In this document: positions 1 to 10,400 of the stretch, piece after piece
Numbering within the stretch: the first letter of the stretch is position 1
Layout: each line of letters begins with the position of its first letter
Assembly: GCA_963797095.1 (NCBI GenBank)
Contig: CAWCNY010000005.1
Coordinates: 352,001-416,000 of the forward strand
Reading direction: 5' to 3'
DNA length: 64,000 nucleotides
DNA from: an uncultured Chloroflexia bacterium
GTDB taxonomy: Bacteria; Chloroflexota; Chloroflexia; QHBQ01; JADMIH01
The notes under the pieces: generated by a model
The model's database searches: none
What the model was told of the DNA's origin: nothing
Seen by the model: the letters and a program-made list of their open reading frames with translations, nothing else
Translations under genes and position numbers: made by a program

Positions 1-1409
1 TGTTCGATGCGGTCTGAGCCGTACAATTCTACCTCGGCGGTGGCCTGCTCAGGGTATCCGAACGAATATCCGATGTTCTTCATGCCGCAAGCGATACCGG
101 TGCCGCGCTTGATGGAGGAGGGGTAAGAGTGCGAGTGGGGCGATGTGGGATCGAAGTAGGAGCGGTCGCGGGCTTCCTGAACGCAGCGTTCGAGCACAGG
201 GAGAGCACTCACACCTGGAGGGAGGGGTTGTTGTGAAGGCTCGATGCTGCCTTCGCGGTAGATATTCTTGCGGCGGAGGTCTATAGGGTCGATGCCGAGG
301 GCATGGGCTAGGCGCGTGACCATACTTTCGGCGGCGAACTGGGCCTGCGGTGCGCCGAACCCTCTAAAGGCACCGGCAGGGAGGTTGTTGGTATAGACAA
401 CATAGCCGTCGGCCCAGATGTTTGGTATCTCGTAGCATCCACTGGCCAAAAGGGTGGCTATCTTGAGGACTTCGACGCTTGTGGAAGCATAAGCTCCGCC
501 GTCGGCCAATAGCTCGGCCTGGACTGCCACGATACGGCCATCGCGCATAGCTCCCCACTTACACTTAATCAAGAAGGGGTGGCGCTTATGGTGAGCGGTC
601 ATCGATTCCTCGCGGTTCCAGACCACAGCAACGGGCTGCTTCAACTTCCAGGCGGCCAGGGCCAGCAAGTGCTGGATGGAGAGGTCTTCGCGCCCGCCGA
701 ATGCCCCACCTATACCAACGTAACGCACGATCACGTCATCGGGAGGGAGTGCCAGCATCTCGGCTATCTGCCTGCGGTCTTCATGGAGCCATTGGCCGGA
801 TGTTTCGATGACCAGCTTGCCGGACTTGTCAACGTAGGCAATTCCAGCTTCGGGTTGGAGGTATGCGTGCTCTTGCCATGTGGTAGAGAACTCGCCTTCG
901 AGGACTATGTCGGCCTCGGTGAGAGCACGAGGGGCGTCGCCCTTGCGAACGGGGATGTGTCCAAGAAGGTTGGTGCCGTGAGATTCGTGAACGAGTGGCA
1001 CACCGGGCAAGAGGGCTGAGCGCGGGTCAGTGACTGCGGGGAGGTCTTCGTAATTGATGCGCACCAGCTTTGCGCCCGCCTCGGCTGCTTCCTCGGTTTC
1101 GGCGACCACCAGCGCCACGCGGTCGCCTACATAGCGGACTACGGTCTTGCACAGGGCAGGCTGATCGGCTTCTACCAGGCCATAGGCGTTTTGAGGCACA
1201 TCGGATGCGGTGAACACCGCCACCACGCCGGGGTGCGCCAGGGCCTCAGAGGTATCAATGTTCAATATGCGGGCGTGAGGCCGGTGGGAGAAGACGAGCT
1301 TGAGACGCAACATGTCTTCCCGCACTAAGTCGGCGGGATAGAGCGCCCCGCCCGTGACTTTGCCTAGGGCATCAGGCTTGGGGATAGATGCCCCTATCAG
1401 GCTATCCAT
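1..1409 (-). CDS. Xanthine dehydrogenase family molybdopterin-binding subunit (3' end runs off the window)
   Basis: Absent from the ORF track because its stop lies outside the window. Manual translation from ATG at 1409: MDSLIGASIPKPDALGKVTGGALYPAD...HARIL...QEHAYLQPE...GGAFGGRED...GAFRGFGAPQ, the Mo-hydroxylase large-subunit motifs. The start overlaps the stop of the upstream FAD/FeS gene. Confidence 0.93.
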   Translation of the reverse strand, partial: MDSLIGASIPKPDALGKVTGGALYPADLVREDMLRLKLVFSHRPHARILNIDTSEALAHPGVVAVFTASDVPQNAYGLVEADQPALCKTVVRYVGDRVALVVAETEEAAEAGAKLVRINYEDLPAVTDPRSALLPGVPLVHESHGTNLLGHIPVRKGDAPRALTEADIVLEGEFSTTWQEHAYLQPEAGIAYVDKSGKLVIETSGQWLHEDRRQIAEMLALPPDDVIVRYVGIGGAFGGREDLSIQHLLALAAWKLKQPVAVVWNREESMTAHHKRHPFLIKCKWGAMRDGRIVAVQAELLADGGAYASTSVEVLKIATLLASGCYEIPNIWADGYVVYTNNLPAGAFRGFGAPQAQFAAESMVTRLAHALGIDPIDLRRKNIYREGSIEPSQQPLPPGVSALPVLERCVQEARDRSYFDPTSPHSHSYPSSIKRGTGIACGMKNIGYSFGYPEQATAEVELYGSDRIE

Positions 1410-2832
1410 TTTGACCGCCCCCTGCGTCCAGCATGGCGTCCACTATCTTGCGGTAGCCGGTGCAGCGGCAGATGTTGCCACTTATACCCACCAGCGCTTC
1501 GTCGCGGCCCGCATGCGGACGCTCATCGAGCAATTTAGCTCCCGCCATGATCATACCCGGTATGCAGAAGCCACACTGGACGGCTCCGTTATCGATGAAA
1601 GCGCGCTGGAGAGGGTGTAGATTGTCGGGCGTGCCGCCCATCTCAGCCAGGCCTTCGATTGTGACTATCTCAGAGTTGTGGGCCTGGGGCGCCGGCACAA
1701 GGCACGACATGACGGCAGCGCCATTGAGCCAGACTGTGCAGGCCCCGCATTCACCTTCGGCGCAGCCCTCTTTGCTGCCGGTCAGCCCGGCGTTCTCACG
1801 TAGAGCGTCGAGGAGAGATTTGTTGTGCGCACCCTGCAGATCATAGGGCTGGCCGTTGATGGTTGCGTGGATTGTGCCCGAGAAAGGCACGGCATTGGTG
1901 AGCGCAAATCCTCGCTTTTGTTCGTGCGAGGTATCAAGCAAGATAGGATTGTCTGGGAAGCCTTCCCGCTCGCGCCCCTGAGATATGCGGGTAAGATTGT
2001 CGGAAACCAGGGCAGATAGGGTATTCAGGCGATATTGAGCCGAGCCACGCAGGTCTCCAATTGGCTTCGCGCTGAGGCATGCCAGGGCACCAGCCTCGGT
2101 GCATACCTGCGGATCGAGGCGCTTGCCAACGAGGAATCGCTCGGCATCGGGAGCACGCACTATGGTTGGCGCAACACACCCCAGGGCGATTCGCGCGTCG
2201 GTTATCGGGCCGTTTATGCCGCCGTCGAACGCGAGCACACACCCCGCGTGGATCACCGAGATGGCCTGGGCGCGGCGCAGACCTAACCTTTGCCAGATGC
2301 CACGTTCATTATTGCCGAGCGCTGGGAAACGGATTTCACATACTATCTCGTTGGACTGCAAGACGGTGCGGCGCACACCCAGGTAAAACGCGTCCAGAGG
2401 GATGTTGCGCTCACCGTCGAGGCTTGTTAGGGTGAGCTCGGCGGACAGGGATATGAGCGCCGCAATAGTATCGTTGGCAGGCGAGGCCGTCACGAGGTTG
2501 CCCGCTACCGTGGCACGAGCGCGTATCTGTGGCGCACCTACTTCGATACAGGCCTGGGCCAGGGGAAGTCCAGCCGCCGCGCACTCAGGCGATGCGAGCA
2601 CGTCATTGTGGGTTGCAAGCCCACCGATTCGCACAAAACCATCCTGCACACGGGTGTATCTCAACTCGTGCAATCGCGTTATGTCAATTAGAATGTCCGT
2701 GGGCTTGATGCCGCGCTGTAGCTCCACCAGCACATCGGTGCCGCCCGACACGATTCGCGCCTGTCCGGCGTGCTGTTGTAGGAGTTGGAGGGTTTCAGCG
2801 AGGGTTGTGGGTTGGAAATAGGTGTGCCACAT
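1402..2832 (-). CDS. Xanthine dehydrogenase FAD-binding subunit fused to a C-terminal (2Fe-2S) subunit
   Basis: FAD motifs SGGTD, APQIRARATVAGNL and ASPAND; 2Fe-2S motifs GCAEGECGAC, QCGFCIPG and NICRCTGY. Confidence 0.93.
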   Translation of the reverse strand: MWHTYFQPTTLAETLQLLQQHAGQARIVSGGTDVLVELQRGIKPTDILIDITRLHELRYTRVQDGFVRIGGLATHNDVLASPECAAAGLPLAQACIEVGAPQIRARATVAGNLVTASPANDTIAALISLSAELTLTSLDGERNIPLDAFYLGVRRTVLQSNEIVCEIRFPALGNNERGIWQRLGLRRAQAISVIHAGCVLAFDGGINGPITDARIALGCVAPTIVRAPDAERFLVGKRLDPQVCTEAGALACLSAKPIGDLRGSAQYRLNTLSALVSDNLTRISQGREREGFPDNPILLDTSHEQKRGFALTNAVPFSGTIHATINGQPYDLQGAHNKSLLDALRENAGLTGSKEGCAEGECGACTVWLNGAAVMSCLVPAPQAHNSEIVTIEGLAEMGGTPDNLHPLQRAFIDNGAVQCGFCIPGMIMAGAKLLDERPHAGRDEALVGISGNICRCTGYRKIVDAMLDAGGGQNG

Positions 2833-2905
2833 ATTTTGGTGACGAGTGACGAGTGATTATTGCGGGTCGCGTGCTGCTAGTTGCATGGTGCTGGTTGGCT
2901 ATTAC

Positions 2906-4288
2906 TCATTTCTCGGGGTTGATGGCGGCGGTGTTTGTGTCGGAGTGCTGGGGTTGCACCAGGCGACCTATGGGGTGTGAGGTAACTTTGCCTTGCGTGT
3001 AGACTATTTTGCCTCGCAGGATTGTGCTGACTATTCGACCCTGCATAGACTTGCCTATATAGGGGCTGTGTGGGTGGCGATAGAGAAGATCTTCGGATTG
3101 GAGGGTCCGGCGGTCGCGCAGGTCTACTATGGCGAAGTCTGCATCAGCGCCCGGCTCGATGCGACCCTTGTTTACTATGTCGAACCTGCGTGCGACGTAA
3201 GCAGAAGTGGCCTGGGCGATTACATTTAGCGGTAGTTTACGCACAAAATGCCCATCCGTCAACAGCAGTGTCAGGAGCGATTGGCAACCTGAGATGCCGC
3301 CCCAAATCTTGAAGAAGTCGCTGCCTGTCTTCATATAGGCAGGGGCGGGCGAGTGGTCGGATGCTACCATTGGGAGGGTGCCATTACGCAGATGATTCCA
3401 GAGAGCATCTCGTTCGGCTGCCGAGCGTATAGGGGGCGCGCATTTCGCCACCGCACCAAGTCGCTCTACATCTTCATCTGTAAGGACAAGATAGTGCGGG
3501 CAGGTTTCGCATGACACATCGAGGCCGCGCGCCCTGGCCTCGGCTACGAGCGCCACGCCGCGGCCACTGCTGACATGGACGATGTGCAGTTTGCATCCTG
3601 TCTCCTTGGCAAGAAAGATAGCCCCGGTGATCGCTTCAAGCTCGGCTGTAACGGGGCGCGAGTTGAGGTAATCACGAGGAGAGGTCCGCTTCTGGGATAT
3701 GTAGCGTTCCGCGAGATTGTGGGTGATCGCGTCGTTTTCGGCGTGGAGTGCTACTATGAGGCCCAGCCGGGCCAACTCGCGCATGCCCTCGTACAAAGTG
3801 AGATCGTCGGAGGCCGGGAAGTCATCAATACCGCTGTTGGACATGAACGCCTTGTATCCCACTACCCCACGCGCGGCGAGTTCTTCCAGATTGGCAAGGT
3901 TACCTGGCACTATGCCGCCCCAGAGGCCGAAGTCAACAAGCGAGTTTGCCTGTGCGGCTGCAAGCTTGAGGTCGAAAGCCTCGGCTGTGGTGACGGGTGG
4001 GTGGGAGTTGAGAGGCATATCGAAGTAGGTGGTGGTGCCGCCTGCAGCGGCGGCGTTACTGCCTGTGCGAAAGCCTTCCCATTCAGTGCGGCCCGGCTCA
4101 TTGAAGTGGAGGTGGGCATCGATCACGCCTGGAAATATGTGGAGGCCGGTGGCGTCCATTTCCTCTCTTGTAGCGCCTTCGATCTGAGGGGCAAGGTCGG
4201 CGACGCGCCCGTCTTGAACAGCAATGCCAGTCTCCTCTGTGCCCTGAGGAGTGACAAGCGCGCCATTGCGGATTAGGAGGTCGTACAT
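2906..4288 (-). CDS. allB: Allantoinase
   Basis: Amidohydrolase motifs PGVIDAHLHFNEPG, HAEN, HIVHVS, ETCPHYL, KCAPPIR and SDHSP, in purine-operon context. Start placed at MYDLLIRNG. Confidence 0.92.
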   Translation of the reverse strand: MYDLLIRNGALVTPQGTEETGIAVQDGRVADLAPQIEGATREEMDATGLHIFPGVIDAHLHFNEPGRTEWEGFRTGSNAAAAGGTTTYFDMPLNSHPPVTTAEAFDLKLAAAQANSLVDFGLWGGIVPGNLANLEELAARGVVGYKAFMSNSGIDDFPASDDLTLYEGMRELARLGLIVALHAENDAITHNLAERYISQKRTSPRDYLNSRPVTAELEAITGAIFLAKETGCKLHIVHVSSGRGVALVAEARARGLDVSCETCPHYLVLTDEDVERLGAVAKCAPPIRSAAERDALWNHLRNGTLPMVASDHSPAPAYMKTGSDFFKIWGGISGCQSLLTLLLTDGHFVRKLPLNVIAQATSAYVARRFDIVNKGRIEPGADADFAIVDLRDRRTLQSEDLLYRHPHSPYIGKSMQGRIVSTILRGKIVYTQGKVTSHPIGRLVQPQHSDTNTAAINPEK

Positions 4289-4301
4289 AGGCGGTTGGAG
4301 A

Positions 4302-5543
4302 TCAGGTGATGGCCGTTTGATCGGCTGCCAGCAATTCAACAAAGCGGACCAGCACACCAATGGCTACCGCTACGTCTTGCACAGCAACCAGCTCGGCGGG
4401 ATTGTGGCTTATGCCGCCTTCGCAGCGCACAAAGAGCATCGCGACTTCTGTAATTGCGGACATAGGCACGGCGTCATGCCCCGCTCCGCTCGGCAGAAAA
4501 CGTGCCGGGAACCCCGCGTCCATGACCGCATGCGCGAATAATTCACGAAGTCTGGGCGAACCGCGCACAGAAGGATTCTCCTGTACTATATACCAGGCCA
4601 GGTCAACGCCGCGCCGGGCAGCAATCGCCGAGGCGCGTTCTTTCAGCGTATCGCATGCATCCAGCCGCACGTGGTCTTCGGCGTGCCTTATATCCAAACT
4701 TAGCTGCGCCTGACCAGGGATAACATTGCTCGCGCCAGGCTGCACAGCCAACTGCCCAACGGTCGCAACCAGATCCGCCGTGGATTGCGCCAAAGTCTCT
4801 ACAGCAAGGATGAATTCAGCGGCGGCGCACAGGGCATCATGGCGGGCATGCATGGGCACAGTGCCTGCATGACCCGCTACGCCCAGGAAAGTTACCTCAA
4901 AGCGCGATTGCCCTGAAATGGCGGACACTATTCCAACAGGCAAATCTTCAGCCTCGAGGATGGGGCCTTGCTCGATATGCACTTCGCAGTAGCCCAGCAG
5001 CGTTGAGGGGTCAAGAGCATCGGTTGGTATGTGGTTAGGGTCGCCACCGAAGTCGTGGATCGCGTCGGCCATTGTGACACCATCGGAGTCGGAGAGATCG
5101 AGGTAGGCTGGGTCGAACGTGCCGGAGAGGGCTTTGCTGCCCAGGTATGCGGTGTGATAGCGCAGACCTTCTTCGTCGGCAAAAGCAACCACTTCAACGT
5201 TGAACGGGAGGCTGGTGCGCATCTCATGCAAGTGCAGAACGCAGGCAATGGCGACCAGTACGCCCAACGGGCCATCGTACTTACCCGCGTCGCGTACCGT
5301 ATCAAGGTGCGAACCTAGCAAAAGAGTTTTCGCCGTCCCACTCGTAGCATACAAGCCGATCAGGTTGCCTATGTTGTCGCGGCGAACCGACATACCGGCT
5401 GCGCGCATCCATTCGGCGACGAGGCGGTTTGCTTCTCGCATTGGAGGGGTGGCGAAGCGCCTCATGAGAAGCTCAGGCTCTTCGCTGAGCATGCCCAACA
5501 CATTGGCCCTAACCATTATCGTTCGCGCGGCTCGTAAGTACAT
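4302..5543 (-). CDS. allC: Allantoate amidohydrolase (M20 family)
   Basis: GSHLDTV, GKYDGPLGV, DEEG, EVHIEQGP, GHAGTVPM, SGAGHDA, GISHNPAE; operon context. Confidence 0.88.
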   Translation of the reverse strand: MYLRAARTIMVRANVLGMLSEEPELLMRRFATPPMREANRLVAEWMRAAGMSVRRDNIGNLIGLYATSGTAKTLLLGSHLDTVRDAGKYDGPLGVLVAIACVLHLHEMRTSLPFNVEVVAFADEEGLRYHTAYLGSKALSGTFDPAYLDLSDSDGVTMADAIHDFGGDPNHIPTDALDPSTLLGYCEVHIEQGPILEAEDLPVGIVSAISGQSRFEVTFLGVAGHAGTVPMHARHDALCAAAEFILAVETLAQSTADLVATVGQLAVQPGASNVIPGQAQLSLDIRHAEDHVRLDACDTLKERASAIAARRGVDLAWYIVQENPSVRGSPRLRELFAHAVMDAGFPARFLPSGAGHDAVPMSAITEVAMLFVRCEGGISHNPAELVAVQDVAVAIGVLVRFVELLAADQTAIT

Positions 5544-5909
5544 TCAGCTGCCCCTGTAGGTGCTATAGGCCCAGGGTGAGACGAGCAGAGGTACGTGATA
5601 GTGGCTGTTCGCGTCAGCGATGCCAAAGCGAATGGGCACTCTCTCGAGGAAGGGTGGGTCGGATGCAATGTAGCCCTGGCGAACGAAGTAGTTCGCTACC
5701 AGAAAGACCAGCTCGTAAATGCCCGGTTGGACGTCGTCTCCTTCCAGGAGAGGTTCAGCAAGGCGACCATCTTCGCCGGTCATGGCGCCTTTCAGGAGGG
5801 TGTGTTTGCTCAGCCCTGAAGGGTCTATCCTCCACAACTCAATCTCCATTTGGGCCGCAGGACCGCCATTGGCAATATCTAGCACATGAGTGGTAAGGCG
5901 ACCAGGCAT
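5544..5909 (-). CDS. uraH: 5-hydroxyisourate hydrolase
   Basis: LTTHVLD at the N-terminus, HYHVPLL, and the C-terminal YRGS signature. Confidence 0.95.
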   Translation of the reverse strand: MPGRLTTHVLDIANGGPAAQMEIELWRIDPSGLSKHTLLKGAMTGEDGRLAEPLLEGDDVQPGIYELVFLVANYFVRQGYIASDPPFLERVPIRFGIADANSHYHVPLLVSPWAYSTYRGS

Positions 5910-5912
5910 GAT

Positions 5913-6845
5913 TCAGTCCTCGCGGTCCAGTGTGAGAGTAATCAAGCCGTAGGGTGGTCGCGGGTCGGTATAGACTTTAGTCTTGCCATCGTCAGCTTCC
6001 AGGGCGGTGTCCCACAGCCGGTTCTGAGCTTTGAACGAGACCTGGACGAGTTGTGGGAAGCGCGCAAGCATACGCACACCAATCTCGTGCACAAGATGCT
6101 GGATCGACATACTCACGAAACTGTGGAATGTAGCACCAATGAAGTCGCGCACCTGCATTGGAGAAATGTAACCAGAAAGATCGTCCCCCACGATCAATGC
6201 GGGATCGGAGTAACGCCAATAAACGTCGAGATAGATGAAGAGTGGGCGATCTTTCCTCTCAAGAAGGCTGGTATGGATGTCGTGCGCAAAGCTGGCGAAG
6301 GAGCTTCCCGTTACTTTGATCAATTGAAGGTCGAGGCAGCCGCATTCGTGCCTTGTGATCTTTGTCTCATGCTCCTCTGACCCCCTTTCGAGCCGGAGGG
6401 TGGCTACGCCGTAGCTGTTATGTGAGCGGCTGAACAGCACGCCACTCTCAGTCAAAACGCCGCTCTGCCCGTCAAGCGCAATCGCAGGCTCAAAGGGCAA
6501 CTCGCGCCCACTTACGCGGAGGGACTCCATCTGCGGGTATTCTGCCAGAAATCCGGAGCCGAGAAAGTAGAGAAACCCATCAAGGGTAGCACCACCGTAG
6601 TGGAGCGCTTGATAGAGGATGAAGTTCTTCATGGTGTCGGTAGGCACCACGTTTGAGTTGTCGCCTTCCGTGTAGGCTGGCATGAAGTTGTTGCCAAAGA
6701 CCTCAACTTCAACCTCAACCGCAAAGAGCACATTGGAAGCGCCAGTGAATGCCAACTCAGGGATGGCAGTGATCCGCGACAGCGGAGTACCGTATGTACG
6801 ATACACACTCACCTGCGCTTTGCCATAACTGATATGTGCAGGCAT
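5913..6845 (-). CDS. pucL: Factor-independent urate hydroxylase (uricase)
   Basis: YGK, YTEGDNSNVVPTDTMKN and SIQ uricase motifs. Start placed at MPAHISYGK. Confidence 0.92.
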   Translation of the reverse strand: MPAHISYGKAQVSVYRTYGTPLSRITAIPELAFTGASNVLFAVEVEVEVFGNNFMPAYTEGDNSNVVPTDTMKNFILYQALHYGGATLDGFLYFLGSGFLAEYPQMESLRVSGRELPFEPAIALDGQSGVLTESGVLFSRSHNSYGVATLRLERGSEEHETKITRHECGCLDLQLIKVTGSSFASFAHDIHTSLLERKDRPLFIYLDVYWRYSDPALIVGDDLSGYISPMQVRDFIGATFHSFVSMSIQHLVHEIGVRMLARFPQLVQVSFKAQNRLWDTALEADDGKTKVYTDPRPPYGLITLTLDRED

Positions 6846-6849
6846 GGGC

Positions 6850-7386
6850 CTAGCTCTCCTCAGGCGCTTGATCAATCAGGTCGAGCAATCTCAACCAGGC
6901 GATCTTGCCGATTTCCTTGACGGCAATATCGATCTCTTGCAAGCGATTATTGTGCAACCTGTCGGCCATTGCGGCCAGGATACTGTTCATCTTGTTCTCG
7001 CGAGCGCAGATTACGAATGGAAAGCCGAAAGTAGCTCGATAACGGCCAGTCAGATCGCGAAAGTGGTTGACCTCAATATCGGTAAGCCGGCTGAGACCTG
7101 CGGAAGCTTGCTCGTGTGTCGATTCGGGTGAGAGAGCGCCTGTAATAGCGTCCGTCCCAGCCAGATCGGGATGGGCCCGGATCAAGTCTTCCTTTGCCGC
7201 TAAGTCATACCCGTCTACCACAGCACACATGGCCCTGTGGATGTCGCCCAGGCTGCCAAAAGGGTGGGCATGCCATGCCTGGCGGGCGACCTGGGGGGAG
7301 TGTTCGAAGACTCCGCCAAGGGTCGAGACAAAATCGGCCTCGGTGAAGCAGTTGATCTGATCGACGGTCAGTTTAGGGTGGGGCAT
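6850..7386 (-). CDS. uraD: OHCU decarboxylase
   Basis: FEHSP, LIRAHPDLA, ESTHEQASAGL, YRATFGFPFVIC, EIGKIAWLRL. Confidence 0.93.
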   Translation of the reverse strand: MPHPKLTVDQINCFTEADFVSTLGGVFEHSPQVARQAWHAHPFGSLGDIHRAMCAVVDGYDLAAKEDLIRAHPDLAGTDAITGALSPESTHEQASAGLSRLTDIEVNHFRDLTGRYRATFGFPFVICARENKMNSILAAMADRLHNNRLQEIDIAVKEIGKIAWLRLLDLIDQAPEES

Positions 7387-7417
7387 TGTTGCGAGCTATT
7401 ATAGAGCAGGGGGCAAT

Positions 7418-7451
7418 AAAAAGGTAGAGGAGGCATTTAGCCTCCTCTATC
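7418..7451 (-). terminator. Intrinsic terminator after the giant surface-protein gene
   Basis: Minus strand reads GATAGAGGAGGC-TAAAT-GCCTCCTCTACC-TTTTT, about 30 nt after the stop at 7484. Confidence 0.8.
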
Positions 7452-7483
7452 ACTATCCTACTAATCCTTTCTTGACCTCAGGC

Positions 7484-10400
7484 TTACCTTCTGGGAAGGC
7501 TTGCGTGAAAATCACTGGGTCTATGCGCTGCCGGTGTATAGAGGACGGAGAGGTAAGCAATCTTGGAGATTTGTGCTCTCGTCGCATCTGCATTCGGTAG
7601 GAAGTAAGGCTTGTTCCCTGGCGCTACACACGGTCCTGCTGGCGGTGTCCCACATGGGTACCCCTCGATTACTCCGTGTGAGTACGCTGTCTCTATGTAC
7701 TGGTAGAATGTCGACCCTACCGCTACGTCCTCGAACGTGTTCGTCGGTGGGTTCTCCAACGTCCAGTTCGATGGGTCTGCAAGCACTGCTGCTCCTACCA
7801 CTATCTTCGTGATCTGCCCTCTCGTCACATAGCTGGCTGGCCTGTAGTACGGCTTGCTTCCTGCTCCACACGGCTCCCCAGGTCCTCCACACGGATACCC
7901 TACTATCAGTCCAAGGTTGTATGCTGTCTCCACGTGTACGTAGAAGGTGTGGCCGATTGGCACGTCCTGGAAGTGTGGTCCTCCTGTGGTGTCGATTGTG
8001 AAGTTGAAGGCCAGCACCACTATCTTGGCTAGTTGTCCTCTGGTGGTTGGGTTACCAGGCTTGAAGCATGGTGTGCCTGTATCGCATGGTGGGGAGGTTG
8101 AGTAACCGTTGACCACACCATGGCAGTACATCCACTGCACATACTCATAGAACCAATCGGTTGGGTGCACATCTGTGAAGTCGACCGGGCAGGCGGTAGC
8201 CGTAGCTGTAGCTGTTGGCACCACTGCCGTATCGGTGGCGGTTGGCGGCACTACTGCTGTGTCAGTCGGTGGCACTACTGCCGTATCGGTAGCTGTGGGT
8301 GGCACTACCGGCGTGTCTGTATCGGTTGGAGGTACCACTGGTGTGTCGGTGTCGGTTGGAGGTACCACTGGTGTGTCGGTAGCTGTATCGGTTGGTGGCA
8401 CTACTGGTGTGTCAGTTGGTGTAGAGGTTGCAGGTTCTGTGGTCGGTGTCTCTGTAGTACACCCTCCTCCTACCGTCCCTGACGCTCTGATCATCCAGTT
8501 GCCTGCGAACCCGAAGTCGTCGATTATCCCCAACAGGTCGTTGTTCCCGAGGTTGTCGTAGTCAGGGTCTGCGTTGGTTGACATTCCTGCCACCCAACTC
8601 CTCACCTGTGAGGCTGTCGTGTCTATCGAGGAGGGGTATGTTACCGGTGTTACTCCTCCACTGTTGTACGTGTCCGAGAACCCTATGTACACGTCCCCAG
8701 GTCCGCTTACTGCCACGTTCACTGCGTACTGCGAGAAGGTCACTCCATCCGCTACCGTCACTGTCTCAGGTATCTGCGCCAGCTTGGTGGCATTAGATGG
8801 GTCGTTGTTTCCGTCTGTGTCCAGGTACACCAGCAAGTCTATAGCTCGCCCTGTCAGGTCTGCTCCTGCCATTGCCGGTGCTGGGAAGAGCACGCTTATC
8901 TGATTGAGGGTCAGTGGGTACTGCCCTGCTGTCGGTGAGTAGCGGTTGATCCAGATGGCCGGGTAGCTGGTCGTCCCATTGTTCAGCCCGATGCTGTTCT
9001 CTATCGACCCATCGTCCAACTGGAATGTCACTGGCCCTCCTGCCGCACACGTTGGTGTGGCTGTCGCGCCACCCGGTGTGTTGGTGGGGGTAGCGGTGGC
9101 CGGTGTGCCTGTAGCACATGAGCCTGGCATGTAGGTGAACATGGACCCTGCACTCACTGGTTGCCCTGACCCATTGCAGAATGCTTGCAGGAACAACGAA
9201 CCTGTGTCCTTCTGCACTCCTCCTGTTGCCGAGCTGTTCCCGTTCCCTACCGTCGCGTAGATGACGTCTATCTGTCCTGTCCCTTCATACAGCCTCGCCT
9301 CGAAGCTAACCCTCGTCCCACACACTCCTCCTGAGTAGTAGCACCCTCTCCACTCTACGTTGAAGATGCGGTTTGGTGCACTCCCCGAGACCGAGGTGTA
9401 GATGCCGTCTCCTGCCGTCGTCAGCAGCAGGTCGTCCCAGTATGCGTGTATCACGTAGTTGTGCGAGGCGTACGGCTCGCATGCATTGGTGAAGGTGGAG
9501 GTGGACGACACGAACTGCAGCGTCCCATTGGAGTCCACGTTCACTGATGAGTAGGAGTTACCGTAGAAGGTGAAGGGGAATGGGATGGCTGCCGGATTGA
9601 CGCAGTCATCGCAGTTGGATCCCGATACCATGGTGGTACCTGGTACTATGGTGGCTCCTGTGGAGGTTGTCAGGGTGTAGTTAGCTACACATGTGGTGGG
9701 GGTGGCGGATGGAAGTGGTGTGTTGGTGGGTCCACCAGGTGTGTTGGTTGGTACTGGTGTGCACCCTCCTCCTCCTTGCAATGTCGATACCTGCACCAGG
9801 TCGTAGTAGGACACTCCGTCCACTCCTCCCTGGATCATCAGCTTCCCTCCTGCGCTCCCTCCTCCTACTGATGAGGCGGTGGTCACGACCGGGTTGCCGT
9901 ATGTCCAGCTGTCGGTGGCTATGTCGTAGATCTCTACCGTGTTGGCCAGCGGCACTCCGTTGAAGTAAGAGGTGCCAGGGCCTCCTCCTGCTACCGCGAA
10001 GATGCTCGTGCCGTCACTCATCAACTCTTCCCATGTCCTTGCCTGCTGCAAGGGGGCCATGGTGGTCACTACATCAGCCACAGGGTCATACCTGTACACT
10101 GTGCCTACTGTGGTGCCTCCTGCTATCCCTCCTATCACGTAGATGTACGAGCCTACCGTGATGGCTCTCCCGTAAGCCAGCCCTACAGGCAGGGTAGCCC
10201 CTGCGGTTGACCAACTGTCGGTGGCTATGTCGTACACGATGATGTCGTTGAAAGGCACAGGGTTGCCACCCACCACGTATATCTTGCCGTTGTATGCAGC
10301 GCTCATACCTGAGCGGGCTGCTGGCAGAGGTGCGCCTGTTGACCAGGTGTTGGAGGCTATGTCGTAGATGGCGTTCTCGGTGATGTGGGTGCCGATGTAG

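Noticed and set aside
1-2832. Selenium-dependent xanthine dehydrogenase linked to selC
   Set aside because: No yqeB, yqeC or selD in the window and no in-frame UGA in the visible xdh sequence. The labile-Se cofactor does not use tRNA-Sec.
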